A stretch of 64,000 nucleotides of DNA from Eledone cirrhosa (GCA_964016885.1 OZ024742.1:216628001-216692000), one strand, 5' to 3'. Positions 25,441 through 39,725 are shown, counted from the first letter of the stretch. Translations and numbers: made by a program. The notes: generated by a model not told the origin, from the letters alone.

Positions 25441-25815
25441 TTTGTGTCTTCTCTTTGTTATGTTCCCTATCTTGTCTTTATGAGATATATATGGCGTGTT
25501 CCTATTATTACACTGTCTCTCTTCACGCATCTTCTGTTATAAACTTCATTCCTAGTGTTACAGTTAATCTGTGGGCTTAATCTACACTCCATACATATTC
25601 TATTGTTAAAAGGACTTTCTCTTAATATTTAATTTATCTAAAGGCCTTATACCTATGTATGCTAGTTTATTAGACTTTGGTAATATAAATTGAAGTGAAA
25701 TTCAACTAGTATATGTTTTTATCAGCTGCATAACCCTCCCAAAGTATATCAATACCTGGTTCAACATATGTTTTCACATCAAAAATCTTGCAAATCAAAG
25801 TATATATATACATAC

Positions 25816-25881
<66 letters not shown>

Positions 25882-26004
25882 AATGGTGATTAGATAGAAA
25901 TATAGATATAATTGCGCGTTGATATATGTACCAACGTATGCACCAGCATATCATTTTTGAAGAATGTATGTATAGAAATATTTATGAGTATATATAAGCA
26001 TGTA

Positions 26005-26087
<83 letters not shown>

Positions 26088-26299
26088 GTATATATAATTT
26101 TGATATACGAACATAGATGAAGAGGATCTTTAGACATGCTAGATGTAATAAGTAAGTTATACATGTAGACATATATACATATATATAGATGTATGTAAGC
26201 ATGGCTATCTCATTGTGCATGCTTATTTGTATAGTTACACACACACTAATTCCACAGATAGGCACATAACACATACATAAACATATATACTTCTATGTA

Positions 26300-26363
<64 letters not shown>

Positions 26364-26600
26364 AACATACATGCATATGTATATTGGTATATATGTATAT
26401 ACATATATATATATATATATAGATGAATATATACACATATACGAATATACATATATATATGTACGTACGTCTGTATATAGGAAGACTAACGAGCTCTTGT
26501 GGCTTATTACAGATATATTATCAGGAATTAAAATGCATGTCTTGCGGCGAAAAGATACCCTAGACGCCCTCTTTATTCCTCTCTTCATCTGTTTCTCTAT

Positions 26601-26769
<169 letters not shown>

Positions 26770-28902
26770 TGTGTGTGTGTGTGTGTATGCACGAACACAC
26801 AATCGTGCAAACAAAGGTATAAGTACATACATACATTTATGCATACATACATATATACAAAGAAATTACATAATATATAGTACATACATAAATACTTACA
26901 TAATACATGTATACACACATGCATACATACATACATGCATACAAACATAATACATACTTACATGCATATATACATACAAACATAATACATACATACATAC
27001 ATACATACATACATACATACATACATACATACATACATACATACATACATACATACAGTTTTTTCTCATAAATTGTTTTTTTGTTGTTTTCGTTTTCGTT
27101 TTTATTTTGTTTTTGTGGGGTTAGGAGAGCTTTTAATTTGCTTTCTGCACTTCATCTTCTGCAAAGATTTTTAATGATACTGTCTAATCCAGAAACAGAA
27201 AGCAGAAAATATGTTTCTGCTTTGGAAGCTCGTGCTCTTGAGTTAATGGAATATAATATGTGATGTTCATTGAATCATTTGTACAGTGGTCTATGAAATC
27301 ATAGAAACCAATGTCGGTTAGTTTTATAAATCTATTACCGTTGAAAATTCTAATCTAAATCTCTCGTTTAGATATCTAATAAGCTGCCTCGTATTCTTAG
27401 TAAGACAGAACAGTTGGGGCTGGACAAGTAGGGCAAATGATATGAGCGTATAATGCTAAGAAGGCTTACTCGTCTCTGAAAATCTTTTGTTCTGTTTTGT
27501 TTGTTGTAAGTACATCATGTACTCTATTATATACTGCTATGAATAATTATTATTAATCATTGATTACTAAAATAGTTAATGATCAGGAAGAATAGGAGCC
27601 TATATCTTACACCGTCCACTAATACTAGCTTTTTACGTGCCTGCTCAAAGCACATTTACAGGATCTTTTCTTTCTCGCAGTACTGCAAGTGAGCAAATTT
27701 CGCCCACATCCAATATCACCAGTTTCCATGGATTGAAGATTTTACCTAAATTAAAGATCTTTTAGATGTACTACAGTTTCTCCGCCACTTATATTGGTCA
27801 GGTTTGTTGTTATTATAGTTGTTTAACCCCAAGTTACAAATCCTCTGGTATTAGGCGTTGCAACCGTAACAAGGTGGTCTTTTTTTATATGTAAAACTAT
27901 ATCATTTAATGTGTCCTTATTTTAGACATTAGAATAAGATTTATTTGATATTTGATTTCTATTTTTAGTGACAATGTCAAGACTGGTACATTATTTCATG
28001 CTCTTTCTGGAGCATGCACAAAGCCATTTCATGAATTATTTTAACTTAATCGTGACTACAACGAAGCACATCATGGAGACCAGTCGATGGGTCATCCTAT
28101 ACCAACTAGTTGTGACTTAATAATAGAGGCGTTATGCGTTATACTTGTGGACTATAAAGAAAGAGTCAATATGCTAAACATATTAATACACGATGTTTTG
28201 CCTTTTATATTTTTTCCTCAGAAAGTAGTGGTAAATGGTATATCAACTAGAGATTGAAACCACATATAGGTTTACCTTTTACGCGGCAGTACTTTCCACT
28301 GAACGTTGTTCAAATATGATATGGTTTAGTCTTTTAAGATAGTTAAGAACGAAAAAGAATACCACTAATTTTATTTCATACATATATATTTTCCATAGTA
28401 TTACTAGTGGAATTCGGAAGCCGCAAACTGTGTAGAAGCCCCTCTTTTATGTGTATGTGCTTTTATGTGTGTGTGTATGTGTGTGCGTGTGTTTGTGTCG
28501 GCCTGAGATAGTAGACGAATGAAAATAGGTGTTCAGTTCCGCTTGATGTACAACCTTGATGTCAGCGTATTTTATCGATTAGGACATTAATATAATAACT
28601 ACGAGATTATGACTGAAGTCAACATGATTGACCAAAGGTGATGCCCCGGCATAGCCGCACTTCAAACACTGCACTCATCGCACTCTGTATATTCACGTAT
28701 TGCGCTATTTTGAAGAATGTACAGTCAAACTCGTCAAAATCTAAAACACTAATATGAATATGTCAGTTTTATTTTATTGAAATGAAACAAATAAAACTTC
28801 TTTATCCTTTGTAGTATGTCTATAAAACCTCCGTTGTCTTCTACAGATGTAAATACCCGTCGTCTGCCCAGGCCAATATGGTACATTGTAAGTTTCATGA
28901 TA

Positions 28903-28945
<43 letters not shown>

Positions 28946-31199
28946 GCCAGCCAAATCTCTCGCATACTACACTCTAGTCTCTTAAAGATGAACAATGTAG
29001 TCCTAGATATATAGAAATAAATGTTAAGTAAAGCTAGAAAGCTTTAGATTATGGGTCAACTCCATTTGAGGCCAAGAAAAAACCAGAACAACAACTATAT
29101 TTTGTTGTGCACACTGTGCATTCTTAACCCCCCAACATCTAGTTTAAAACACGTTCTGATATAGATCATTGCTAATATAATATTAACTAAATGGGAGGTT
29201 TCAGCTGAAGACTGATCTCTGAAGGATGACAATATAATATATATTAAAGAAATATAATAATTGAAAAATATGATTAAAATACGACAAACTCCTGAAAGCA
29301 GTATACTTGCTACACTGTTGGAAATATGTGATAGATAATAATCTTTTTTCATTTGTTTCTTGGGACAGGAAAAAATGCCATGACATTTTACAAGATACCA
29401 CCTTGTGTGTTCATTCTATTTTCTAGAAATAATAAATCTCCCCCATTCCACTTAGAAAAGGAAAATCTGAAGCAGGAAAATGAAGTCCAGCGTACATTGT
29501 TTCTGAAAACAAGATATTGTGATTGTTTTGAATGCCCTTGGTCATAAATATGTTTGATGAGGGGCGATTTTAGGTTCAAACAATAACAACAATCTTTAGT
29601 TTTACGGGTCTCTCATTGGTTAGGGCAATGAAAAGACGATTTACTTTTAAGTAGACTGGCTCGTTGGTTGTTTTAACTACGAACAAAGCAGAGAAATGCT
29701 AAAGATTGCGAAGTTCGGCCTCTTCATTAGTTATCCATTATCATCTGTACTCGACTATTTGCGTTTTCTAGAAGCAATATACTACTGTTTTATAAAAAAT
29801 ATTTTTGTAAATGTAGGTGCTCAGATATCGAATTACATTGATTAAATATAAAGCTTTAGACATTACAGGAAACAATTGTGTTCATTTCGTATTTCTATTT
29901 TACTTTTATATTTGGGACGTAAGGGAAGTAAAATTACTGGTAATGGAGACCTCATCGTAGTATTGGATCTCCAATACAAAGGCAATACTGATCTCCATAT
30001 AAAAGAAATATTGCTCTCCATATAAAGGCAATACTAATTTTCGTTTGGGAACATTAGATTTAAATATGTTTTGTTTTTTTTTAGTTTGAGAATGTAATGA
30101 TGATATGGTGTAGATCACTCTTGTAAGATTATTCATTAGTGAACAGGCATTGCGGACTACGCACATCAATTAATTAGCAGCAGCTCTATGGCACTTACCA
30201 CTCATATGAAAATATCTTTTTTCTTTGTTAAACATTCAATTATTACAGTAAAATCGGCTGTATCGGAGCAGCGTATTGCTAATATCAGCTATTTTATCGA
30301 CTCTGGATAAGTGAATTAAAACTCCAATAGATCCTCCTGGGGGAGTTCTTAACACAGAATCAACATTGATGAAAGCTCTTATGCCTTTAGGCAAGTGCTA
30401 AATTGAATATCGTGACGTCATGATCATTATCCCAAGAGCATTATTGGCGAAAGTGAAATGCAGTGTATGACGTGGCGAAATAGCTTGAAATAATGCTGAC
30501 AGTGAATCGTTACTCACTTGTTCTCTGTCACAAGAAGAAATAATACTATCTTTGTAGGTAAGATATTTCAGCGTTCTATTGCACTAACGGTAACGATACT
30601 AACCTGGAAAGGTAGATTTCTCTTTAATAGTTCATATACAAATATGTAAGTGAACATTTAAAAAAAAAGGTATTGGTTTTCTGTGTAGCTAGGTACATGC
30701 TTCAACTTTACTATTACTAGTTAGTCCGTGCGAAATATGTTCTCAATTCCATCCCTGACCCATCAGCTCTTATCTGAATCGTTTTATTTTTTCCTGAATC
30801 TAAACTTAACTTGAACACGAGAAGGAGCGAGATGTGTGCATGTTTGTATATATGCCCGTATGAATGTGTTTGTATGTAGATATATCTATGTGTTCGCAGC
30901 GTAAATTTCTACTTGCTCTTTCAACTTTCTAGAAATCACGATTAAATCTCGTTAAAATCCCAACCTGTCATCTACAGTGAAGCTCATATAGGATAATGTA
31001 GTTCTAAATAGATATACTCTGTATGAACATTGTTAGAATGGTCATAGATAGAGCTATTTCGATCATAGTTAATCTGGTGCCATATTATTTGTGCCACATA
31101 GCATCAATGAGTGAAAAGTGTAACTATTCTTCATCTACTTCGAAATTTGCTGTCTAAACATCGCTTACACACTACATATGATAAAGCTGACAAAACAAC

Positions 31200-31375
31200 T
31201 AAGGGATCATTATATGGTCCTTTGATCTGCTAGAAATAGTAGTCAGAGATCCATAATAAAACACCGTACCATCTATAACATTTAAAACGAAAGAGTGTAT
31301 TTGACAATGAAGGCCTAGATTTATAAGTCTGTTCATTCAGAGTTGGCTTAGGATTAAACAACAGCAGCTACAATA
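31200..31375 (+). repeat. Old dispersed repeat
   Basis: gatctgctagaaatag motif shared with 49420-49470 and 54675-54830. Confidence 0.5.
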
Positions 31376-32019
31376 TCAACAACAATAAAAACAGCAACAA
31401 CAACAACTATGTGTCTTAACTACTAGGGAATGATTATAGTGGTCGTAATATTAAAATTTATTTGTACCATATTTGTGTGAGAGATTATGAAGTGGGTGGC
31501 CGTTTTAAAATCTTTTTCTTAGAACGAATGGATTTTTGTATGTTTGTGTATATGTGTAGATGGATTCAACGTGTCGGATATGTGAACAGTACTCGAATAT
31601 ACAACATAATTTTGTCTTTTTTGCATCTCATGCATTCTCCCTCCCTCTACCCTTTAGTTATCATATCAATGTTAAACTTAAATCACCGAAGCCCATGTTC
31701 TGTGTTAGTAAGAAAAACCTGAACGAAAAACCTTATTTTTGATCCTTTTTAATTTAAGACACTATACAGTTTGTAAGAAACTTGTCATCTAATTTCAGTC
31801 TCATTAATGCAATATTCAACTATGTTTATAGGGTTCAGAGTGAATGAAAATTGGTTTAAGTTTGCAATTGTCATATATGAAGTCAAATGCTGGGAAGTAG
31901 AAGATAAACTCCTATCTTCGTTAGTTTGAATCCTTTTATTTTATTATTTAGTTAGATGAGGAAGGAAATCAGCCACGATCAATTTCATTACTTCCAATGT
32001 GAGTTCGAGAATAGGAAAC

Positions 32020-32110
32020 GATTGTCCTGGGGTGAGTAGACAGGGGAGATTTTCCTCGGGGTGACAGAACCGTAGGAGATTCTCCTGGGGTGAGATAATA
32101 AGATTGTCTT
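32020..32110 (+). repeat. Short imperfect ~28-30-bp tandem repeat
   Basis: gattgtcctggggtga, gattttcctcggggtga, gattctcctggggtga. Confidence 0.6.
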
Positions 32111-33032
32111 CATATACATAGTCCAATTGTTATAGGAAAGCAAACTACATTTGAGGTAGTAATTGATCAGGTGGTGGTCTTAAATTGAGATATGAATGAA
32201 ATCAACCACTCAAGTAAAATTTCTCGAAAGTATTGGTATGAAAATCTCGACATATCTTTCATTTACCGCGTTGTCAAATGAGTTCTATCTCTATTTGTAC
32301 GCTAAAATGTGTACAATATTATAATGATAAATTTACTACTACATTAAAAAAACATCGTAATGAGTATGTAACCCTGATAAAATCTTAGAATAGGTCTTAA
32401 ATACGTTCGGAATTATCTCCCATCCTTTCCAGAAAATTGAAAATAATATTAGTCATTAACGAACATTTCCATCACCACACATTTCTACTTACTCTTGTAA
32501 TGTTTTATGCACTAAATATGTTAGCAATAACTTAGGTATCGTCTTTCAGTCTTGCAATCCATGCTTTGATGGATTAAGACAAAATATGTCTTAAACACAC
32601 CTGGAGTTATCTACTTCATTTCCCCCACCTAACCCAGAGGGAAACGATATAAGTCGTTGACCAACGTTGATATCATTCTGTCACAAATTAATTTGTCGTT
32701 TAGTTAGCTTTTTTAATATTAACTATATCTATCTTAAAACCACATCCCTAATATTACATAGTCGAATAAGTTTGATTAGAAGCTGATATACAGGATAATC
32801 GATATTTGACAAACGGAATAAATGTCAAATATAGATACAGTTCCTGGTAACACTTAATTCACTTTTACTAAACCTTTTAACCTTTGCCTTTATTTCTATT
32901 TGCGTATTATCGTAACTATAACCATTTTTTTACTGTCTCTACCTTCTCTCTTTCTATCTTATTTAACTCAATCATACATCCTTTCCACTTTCTTTTCTTT
33001 ATTTTATTTTTGTCTCTCTTGTTTCACTATCA

Positions 33033-33142
<110 letters not shown>

Positions 33143-33179
33143 AAATATACACGGGTGTGTATGATTGTGTATAGAAGAT

Positions 33180-33405
33180 TATATTAATAAAAGGAATTCC
33201 AACTGACAGTCAAGTTTGCAAATTTCGAAAATTGCAAACTTGGCTGTCACCACTGAATAAGAACCTGAAGATTGCGAAAGCATGAAAGTACTTGTTCAAT
33301 AAACATTTAATATTCTACCATACTATTTCATTATAATATCATTATAATTTTAAAGGATTGTAAATAAAACGAGTTAATCACACAAAGTTGGAATTCCTTT
33401 TATTA

Positions 33406-33410
<5 letters not shown>
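33180..33410 (+). mobile_element. 231-bp hammerhead cassette with 25-bp terminal inverted repeats
   Basis: tatattaataaaaggaattccaact at 33180-33204 and its reverse complement at 33386-33410. Internal 18-bp hairpin at 33204-33249. Confidence 0.75.
33261..33297 (+). ncRNA. Ultra-minimal type I hammerhead (family F, CUU triplet)
   Basis: gaac-CTGAAGA-t-tgc-gaaa-gca-t-GAA-AG-TA-CT-T-gttc, immediately followed by AATAAA. Confidence 0.7.
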
Positions 33411-33438
<28 letters not shown>

Positions 33439-33478
33439 ATAATATATAAGATCAAAAGATGGTTAAAAGAGTTCCATG

Positions 33479-33549
33479 TATTTTATTATGCGCATTTCAA
33501 AAACAAATATCATCATGCAATAACATTTGCGTTTTCATCAGATAAAATA
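33479..33549 (-). ncRNA. Hammerhead family A, intact core
   Basis: tattttat-CTGATGA...GAAAT-GCGC-ATA-ataaaata. Confidence 0.8.
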
Positions 33550-33658
33550 GGGAGACATGATATGAAGGTTAAAACACACTTGTGAATAGTGCACTTTTAA
33601 ATCAACATATCAACTGCACTATTCACAAGTGTGTTTTAACCTTCATATCATGTCTTCC

Positions 33659-33729
33659 TATTTTATCTAATGAAAACGCAAATGCTATTGCATGATGATA
33701 TTTGTTTTTGAAATGCGCATAATAAAATA
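33659..33729 (+). ncRNA. Hammerhead family A, G5A core mutant
   Basis: Core reads CTAATGA. Otherwise the mirror of 33479-33549. Confidence 0.65.
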
Positions 33730-33889
33730 CATGAAACTCTTTTAACCATCTTTTGATCTTATATATTATTATTTATACTACTTATCCGATATCTGCATTG
33801 CTTTATTGTACTACAATAAAACTCACCTCCTACATTATATATGTATGTATGTATGTACGTATGTATGTATGTATGTATGCGTGTATGTA

Positions 33890-34033
33890 ATAATTGTTTC
33901 TACTTTTGGCACAAGGTCAGCAAACACCCAGTGCATTACTGGTACTTTATTTTATCGACCCCGTAAGGATGAAAGGCAAAGTTAACCTCGGCGGGATTTG
34001 AACTCAGACCATAAAGGGCCGTAACTCTTTGCT
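33890..34033 (-). mobile_element. tRNA-SINE, 5'-truncated
   Basis: Reverse complement of the 24935-25125 family. Confidence 0.85.
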
Positions 34034-34202
34034 GTGTATGTGATAATGTATGTATGTGTGTATGCATGTATGTATGCATGTATCTATGTATGTATGTATG
34101 TATATGTGTGTTTGTGTGTGTGTATGTACGTATATTTGTATGTATGTATGTATATGTGTGTTTGTGTGTTTGTATGTACGTATACATGTATGTATATACA
34201 GT

Positions 34203-34815
34203 ATGTCAGGTCACCAGTTGGTGCTACTGGTAACATGTATCCCAGTACAACCTGTCTCATGGTCGGGTCGTTGGCGACTAAACTGGCAACCCACCAAGGT
34301 TTCTTGGTGAGGAGGGTGACTTTGGACATCCTGCAGGACTAAAATCAAAACCTGTCAAAGGGCAAAGGAGCTCTTAAGAGTCAATGGCCATCCAAAATCA
34401 CCGGGAGAGATGACCCCTTAGCCTTTGTCAAGGCAGAATTCTAGGAGAAGTAAAACTCTGATATAACACCTACAACTCTGATGGTATCCAATGATGTTGA
34501 CTTGTTCTTCTTTTTGGTAAATATCACCTTGGTTAAGAGAGTGGGACTGGCTTTGTGTAGTGCCTTTGCTCACTATAAAAACTTCATGGCACAGGCATTG
34601 CTTTATATCTGAAGATCTCTCTGCACTTGTCGTCACATGGTACCATGGGCCCAGCATTATGTGTCAATAATTGTCACAAGTGTAGTGTTTGTAGCAGAGT
34701 TTTCAAGTCGCTGGCTGGACTAAAAAGTCACACTCGTTCAGCGTATCGGTAGGGGTTCTCCTACATGGATATAAAGTAGTGGCCGTACTCGAAAACGAGT
34801 TGGCAGCCACCACCA
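34203..34815 (+). mobile_element. Longest copy (~610 bp) of bipartite non-autonomous RTE derivative
   Basis: RTE 5'UTR-like half fused to the RTE 3' end (C2H2 remnant, tggccgtactcgaaaacgagttggcagccacc). Lies next to an (ATGT)n tract. Confidence 0.8.
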
Positions 34816-35872
34816 TATACAGTATGAAGCAAGTCGCATATGTCAAAGTGATGGGCACTCAGCATAATGAATAAAGATATAATTTTTATACTTTTTTTAT
34901 AGTGGTAGTACCCATGGCAATTCATCTTACTATTAGTTTCAAGAATACTCAAAGTGGTTGATTATTTATTGTCAAACACAGATCGTTATGTATATATGTA
35001 TTTGTGTCTGTGCACGCATGCGTGTGTATGTGTAAGTATATCTACAATTGAGCAAGGAGTAGAGGGGGATATGTAATCGAGTGTGTATGTAAATGAGAAA
35101 CACTGAATATGAAAGAAAAATAATGATTATGTACAAATACGTATATGTGAAAGTCTGTGTGATTAAGTGTGAGAAAAGTTCACTTTTGGATATATTGTTG
35201 CCTAGCACCCGATCAGTCTTCACCGAGCAGACTTGTAATCAAAAGCCTCCAAGACGTGACTATACCGCCTTTTATTCAAATACATCGTATTTATTACTGC
35301 ATTAGCCAATATATCCACCTTTGTTTAAGACGCTAGGTAGTGAATTGACTACTATATTTATCAAATTGATCGAGCTCGTATGCTCTAACAGCGTTTGCTC
35401 GTCTCTTCTGTAGAGATTTACATATACAGTACTTTGTGTTAAAGACTTCGATTAATCGCATTTGGTAGATGTTTAAAATCTAAACTACATCACAGGAGAT
35501 GACTCCAGCAAGACCAGTTGATCGAAATTTTTAGAAAAAACAGGCGATACAATCTTGTACGTATCTGGTATTTAAAGTCCAATCGACATGTTTCGTCTTA
35601 TTAAACCTCGTCAAAACACATTCTGTCTAAGTAGCAAGACTACGATTGATTTATACATGTATATGAAGTAATATCGAATTCGTCCTTCCTCTTATCGATA
35701 GCCTGTTTTACATTAGAAATGTCACATAACGACCTCATTACTTAAGATACTATGTGATGAAGTCATGTTGGTGGTGTCGGGGTGGCAGCATTACGTAATC
35801 ATTATCGCCGCCGAAATATGTACTACGGTACAATATGAATTATGAATGGTGGGCGATCGCAATTATCTTTAT

Positions 35873-35937
<65 letters not shown>

Positions 35938-35943
<6 letters not shown>

Positions 35944-36160
35944 AAAAAATATGAAATCGAAAATTCAACTGGAGTCTTTTTTATTTTAAATACATTTATT
36001 TGATTCATTTACACACATCTGTGTGAGAAAAGCCACAAACCCTCCATCTCAATTCTACTTTTGAAAAGCACAAGAACTGCGAAACCGGTAAAGGAGCCAA
36101 ATAAATATATTTAAAATATAAGACTCCAGTTGCATTTTCGATTTCATCTCTTTTCCTTAT
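35938..36160. repeat. Imperfect inverted repeat (~63-bp arms) enclosing a degenerate hammerhead
   Basis: 35938-36002 versus 36098-36160. At 36058-36093: ctt-ttgaaaa-gca..tgc-GAAAC-CG-GTA-aag. Confidence 0.75.
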
Positions 36161-36215
36161 ACTTTCACTCGTGTAGGACACCTCATTTTCTTTTCATTTT
36201 GTAAAAAAAACTAAC

Positions 36216-36280
<65 letters not shown>

Positions 36281-36409
36281 CAAAGGAATTGTGGTAAGGA
36301 ACCAGATGGACCATATATATATATACTTATATATATATAATCAAGGTTTAGCAAATAAGAAAAAGTTTCAAAGTAAATTTTAAAAAATTCACTGTACTCA
36401 CTATGGTTA

Positions 36410-36494
36410 CCTTTACCGAATCAGTTTCGAGTCTCAAAAATAAATGGACAGTCCTTGCGGCCTTCCATTGCAAAGATAAACTCTCGTCAGAAGG
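36410..36494 (-). ncRNA. Type I hammerhead (family G, GUA triplet)
   Basis: cctt-CTGACGA-gagttt...aatgga..cc-gcaa-gg..tccatt...agactc-GAAAC-tgattcg-GTA-aagg. Confidence 0.75.
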
Positions 36495-36708
36495 ATCTTT
36501 TCACTCGGAGAATATAAAATTCCCGAGTTCAAATTACGAACTGGCGCTATTCAAAATTGTTCCCGAGATGAGAATGAATGATGTGGAAACAATTCCGTCC
36601 AGTGCCGTGTGTAAAGATAGAAGCAGAGGCAGGGAGGTCAGTCTACTACCACTATAACTAGCAGCAGTCAGAACGACCAAATTTTATCTCGACCAAGAGG
36701 AGAATAAT

Positions 36709-36884
36709 AATAATAATAAAGTATATATCCCTACACGCAAAAAGCGTCTAGGGACACATGTATTGTCCAACCATATGCCAATGTGGTTCAATGGCAGGTT
36801 AATAAATCACATTGGCATATGGTTGGACAATACATGTGTCCCTAGACGCTTTTTGCGTGTAGGGATATATACTTTATTATTATT
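36709..36884. repeat. Perfect 77-bp-arm inverted repeat with 22-nt loop
   Basis: 36709-36785 is the reverse complement of 36808-36884. Confidence 0.95.
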
Positions 36885-36903
36885 TTTAGTCCAGAATTAG
36901 CCG

Positions 36904-37165
36904 TCTAAACGGCTTGAGCTCAGCCGTCTGGGTCCTACTCGTTCCTATTACCCACTCTACTACCCTAAGTATTGAGTACTTTGGTGCGTTATGGTCCATC
37001 TGGTTACTTACCACATTTCCTTCGTTATATATATATATATATATATATATAACAAAGGAATTGTGGTAAGGAACCAGATGGACCATAACGCACCAGAGTA
37101 CTCAATACTTAGGGTAGTAGAGTGGGAAATGTATGACCCCGACGGCAGAGTTCAAGTCGTTTCGA
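36904..37165. repeat. Tail-to-tail inverted cassette pair centred on (AT)n
   Basis: Arms pair across 37026-37051. Same family as 36278-36315 and 59385-59545. Contains the 3' half of a hammerhead. Confidence 0.85.
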
Positions 37166-38302
37166 TATATATATATTTATTTATTTATTTATTTATTTAT
37201 AAAGGAGAGAGGGGGGATAATGATTGAATATGCTTCCTTTCCGAGGTCTAATTAGATCGAAACATACCAACATATACGTTACTTTCATCAGTTGGTTTGA
37301 AAAATAAATGTACTCTAATTTGCATCGTCTATTTTGTCCAATGAATTTGATCAACTAATTTTAGTGGAATTAATTCCCGTTTGTTTTTGTTTTTTATTAT
37401 TATAAACACTTCTGGTGAGAGTTTTGTCTACTTATTGCTTGTATAATCTCAGTTAATTGCCGCTTTTAAAATTCTAATATAACATATGTGAGACCCCACC
37501 GTATTTGTACATTGTGTGAAGAATGCTACCAGGTGTATTTCCCATCAGCCGTATTGTGTATAAAAGAAATGCGTGAATTTGAGACGAATCTGTGTTTATA
37601 TGTGTGCGAGAGTGTGCCTTTATTTGGATGTGAATATGTATACATTTTTACGTGTATTTTCTGCCATGTGTATTGCGTATGAGAGAAAAGGGAACGAAAG
37701 CTATAGAGATCAGTAAGAGACAAATGGAACAGAAAAACCAATATGCGTGGGTATGAATATAAAGTTCGTACTAAATAATTGTCTTCTTGAAAATGATAGA
37801 AGAACGAGGAGCGAAAAGATATATTTTTCTCTCTTTCTCTCTTGTTTAATGAACATTTCAATGTACTTCTATCTGTCTCTCTATCTTGCTAATTTTATGT
37901 CTCTTCCTATTTCTGCTTCTATGTGTTTGTATATATATATATATATATGACAGAGGCAGTTTGATGGAGTATGTGTGTGTGTGTGTGTGTATGTATGTGT
38001 GTATGCGCCTGGGCGTGTGTGCGTATGTGTATGCGTTTATCTGTTCGTACGCAAGTGATGAAGAAAGAGAATTAATGTATGTAAATATATCTTTACATAT
38101 TGAATTTATATCAATAATGTAACAAGATCATTGACACAGATTTTACAAAGCGAACATTCTCGATTGTTTTTGTCTTTCTGTCTGTTAGTTCGACTATATG
38201 ATGTATATGTTTGTCATGCCCATATGTATGTTCTTCTCATTTTATGTATGAGCGTGTGTATGTATGTACTTGCATCTATATATATATATATATGTACTTG
38301 CA

Positions 38303-38337
<35 letters not shown>

Positions 38338-38362
38338 TTGCATCTATATATATCTATCTATA

Positions 38363-38429
<67 letters not shown>

Positions 38430-38526
38430 GTATATATACATATGTATACATATATCTATATCTCTATATATACATAGGTGTATATGTATATATAAATATA
38501 TGCGTGTATATACCTATGTATGTGTG

Positions 38527-38587
<61 letters not shown>

Positions 38588-38590
38588 GTG

Positions 38591-38680
<90 letters not shown>

Positions 38681-39479
38681 CGCGCGCGTTTATATGAGTG
38701 CGCATGTGTATCTGTGTTATGTTCTAGTACGAACTTATATCTAGAATGAAGCCTTCCTCGTAATATTGGTGATTCAGTTACTAATCTGTCTAACGAGCTA
38801 AACTAACAGCTCAGTCAATTAGATGTTCACCTCTCCACCTACAATAAAACTACTTCATTATTTGTTAGTGCGTGCTAAATCATTTCTTTGATTTTTACAT
38901 CTGACAACTACCAATCTACTTGCTTTCCTACTGCCGTGTCAATAGTTTTCTTTGTCCTACTAGAACTATGGTAGTAGCAAATAGCTGGCTTGGGAGGATG
39001 GTTGTCTACTGAGCCGAATGTTCGGATGTTCTCATCCTTTACTATGTGCATTTACTACCATAATTTCGAATAAGCAATCAAAGGCGCTACTACGTAATCA
39101 CAGGTCGGTCCTGTTAAAAATAGAGACCAAATCTCACTCAAATAACAACAGCAACAAACTGATTATTCTGCTTCCAGGCTTTGCCTCTTCTATAACGACC
39201 TGTTTCTACTCGTCTAAACTAGCGAGCTACAGACCACTATTACCCTCTTTACAAAACTACATTTTCTGACATTCTAAACACATGTCCGTAATATCGGAGC
39301 TATGATTTTCAATTCGGAAAAGTAGTGACTCTACCTCGAGCGACTCCCTGATCTTCGAGCTACGCACTCTATTAGAGATGTAAGTATAGCTACGTTCTTT
39401 CCACTATGAAATGAAACCGAGCTGTATGATCAACGGGATCTCGAATACAAACGGTACTCTAAAGAGGCTTCGAAGGAAT

Positions 39480-39725
39480 CCAATTTCGGCCGCCTGTATT
39501 CGTGAACGTACTGTTTCGGTTATTACCTAAGATTCATGACTATAGGTAAGGGTTAACACGAATAACACATTGAAGATAGTGTGTTTGGTCTTTACACCTA
39601 ATTCTTTTGTTCTGATGACCGAATGCTGTAGCTGGCGCATTACTGCACCAGCTCCTGAAATTCTTGCACTTAATTCAGGCTCATGCTTTCCTTCAGTCGT
39701 GAACTTGGTCTGAGACACTTGAACT
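39480..39725 (-). mobile_element. RTE LINE fragment
   Basis: ELSARISGAGAVMRQLQHSVIRTKELGVKTKHTIFNVLFVLTLTYSHES. Confidence 0.75.

Larger units (their letters stand above)
33437..33771. repeat. Fold-back inverted repeat (~157-bp arms) of family A cassette
   Basis: 33437-33593 versus 33615-33771, with few mismatches. Confidence 0.92.

Noticed and set aside
27100-32900. Host exons in the microsatellite-poor interval
   Set aside because: Only short ORFs with no recognisable domain. Small exons cannot be excluded without transcript data.
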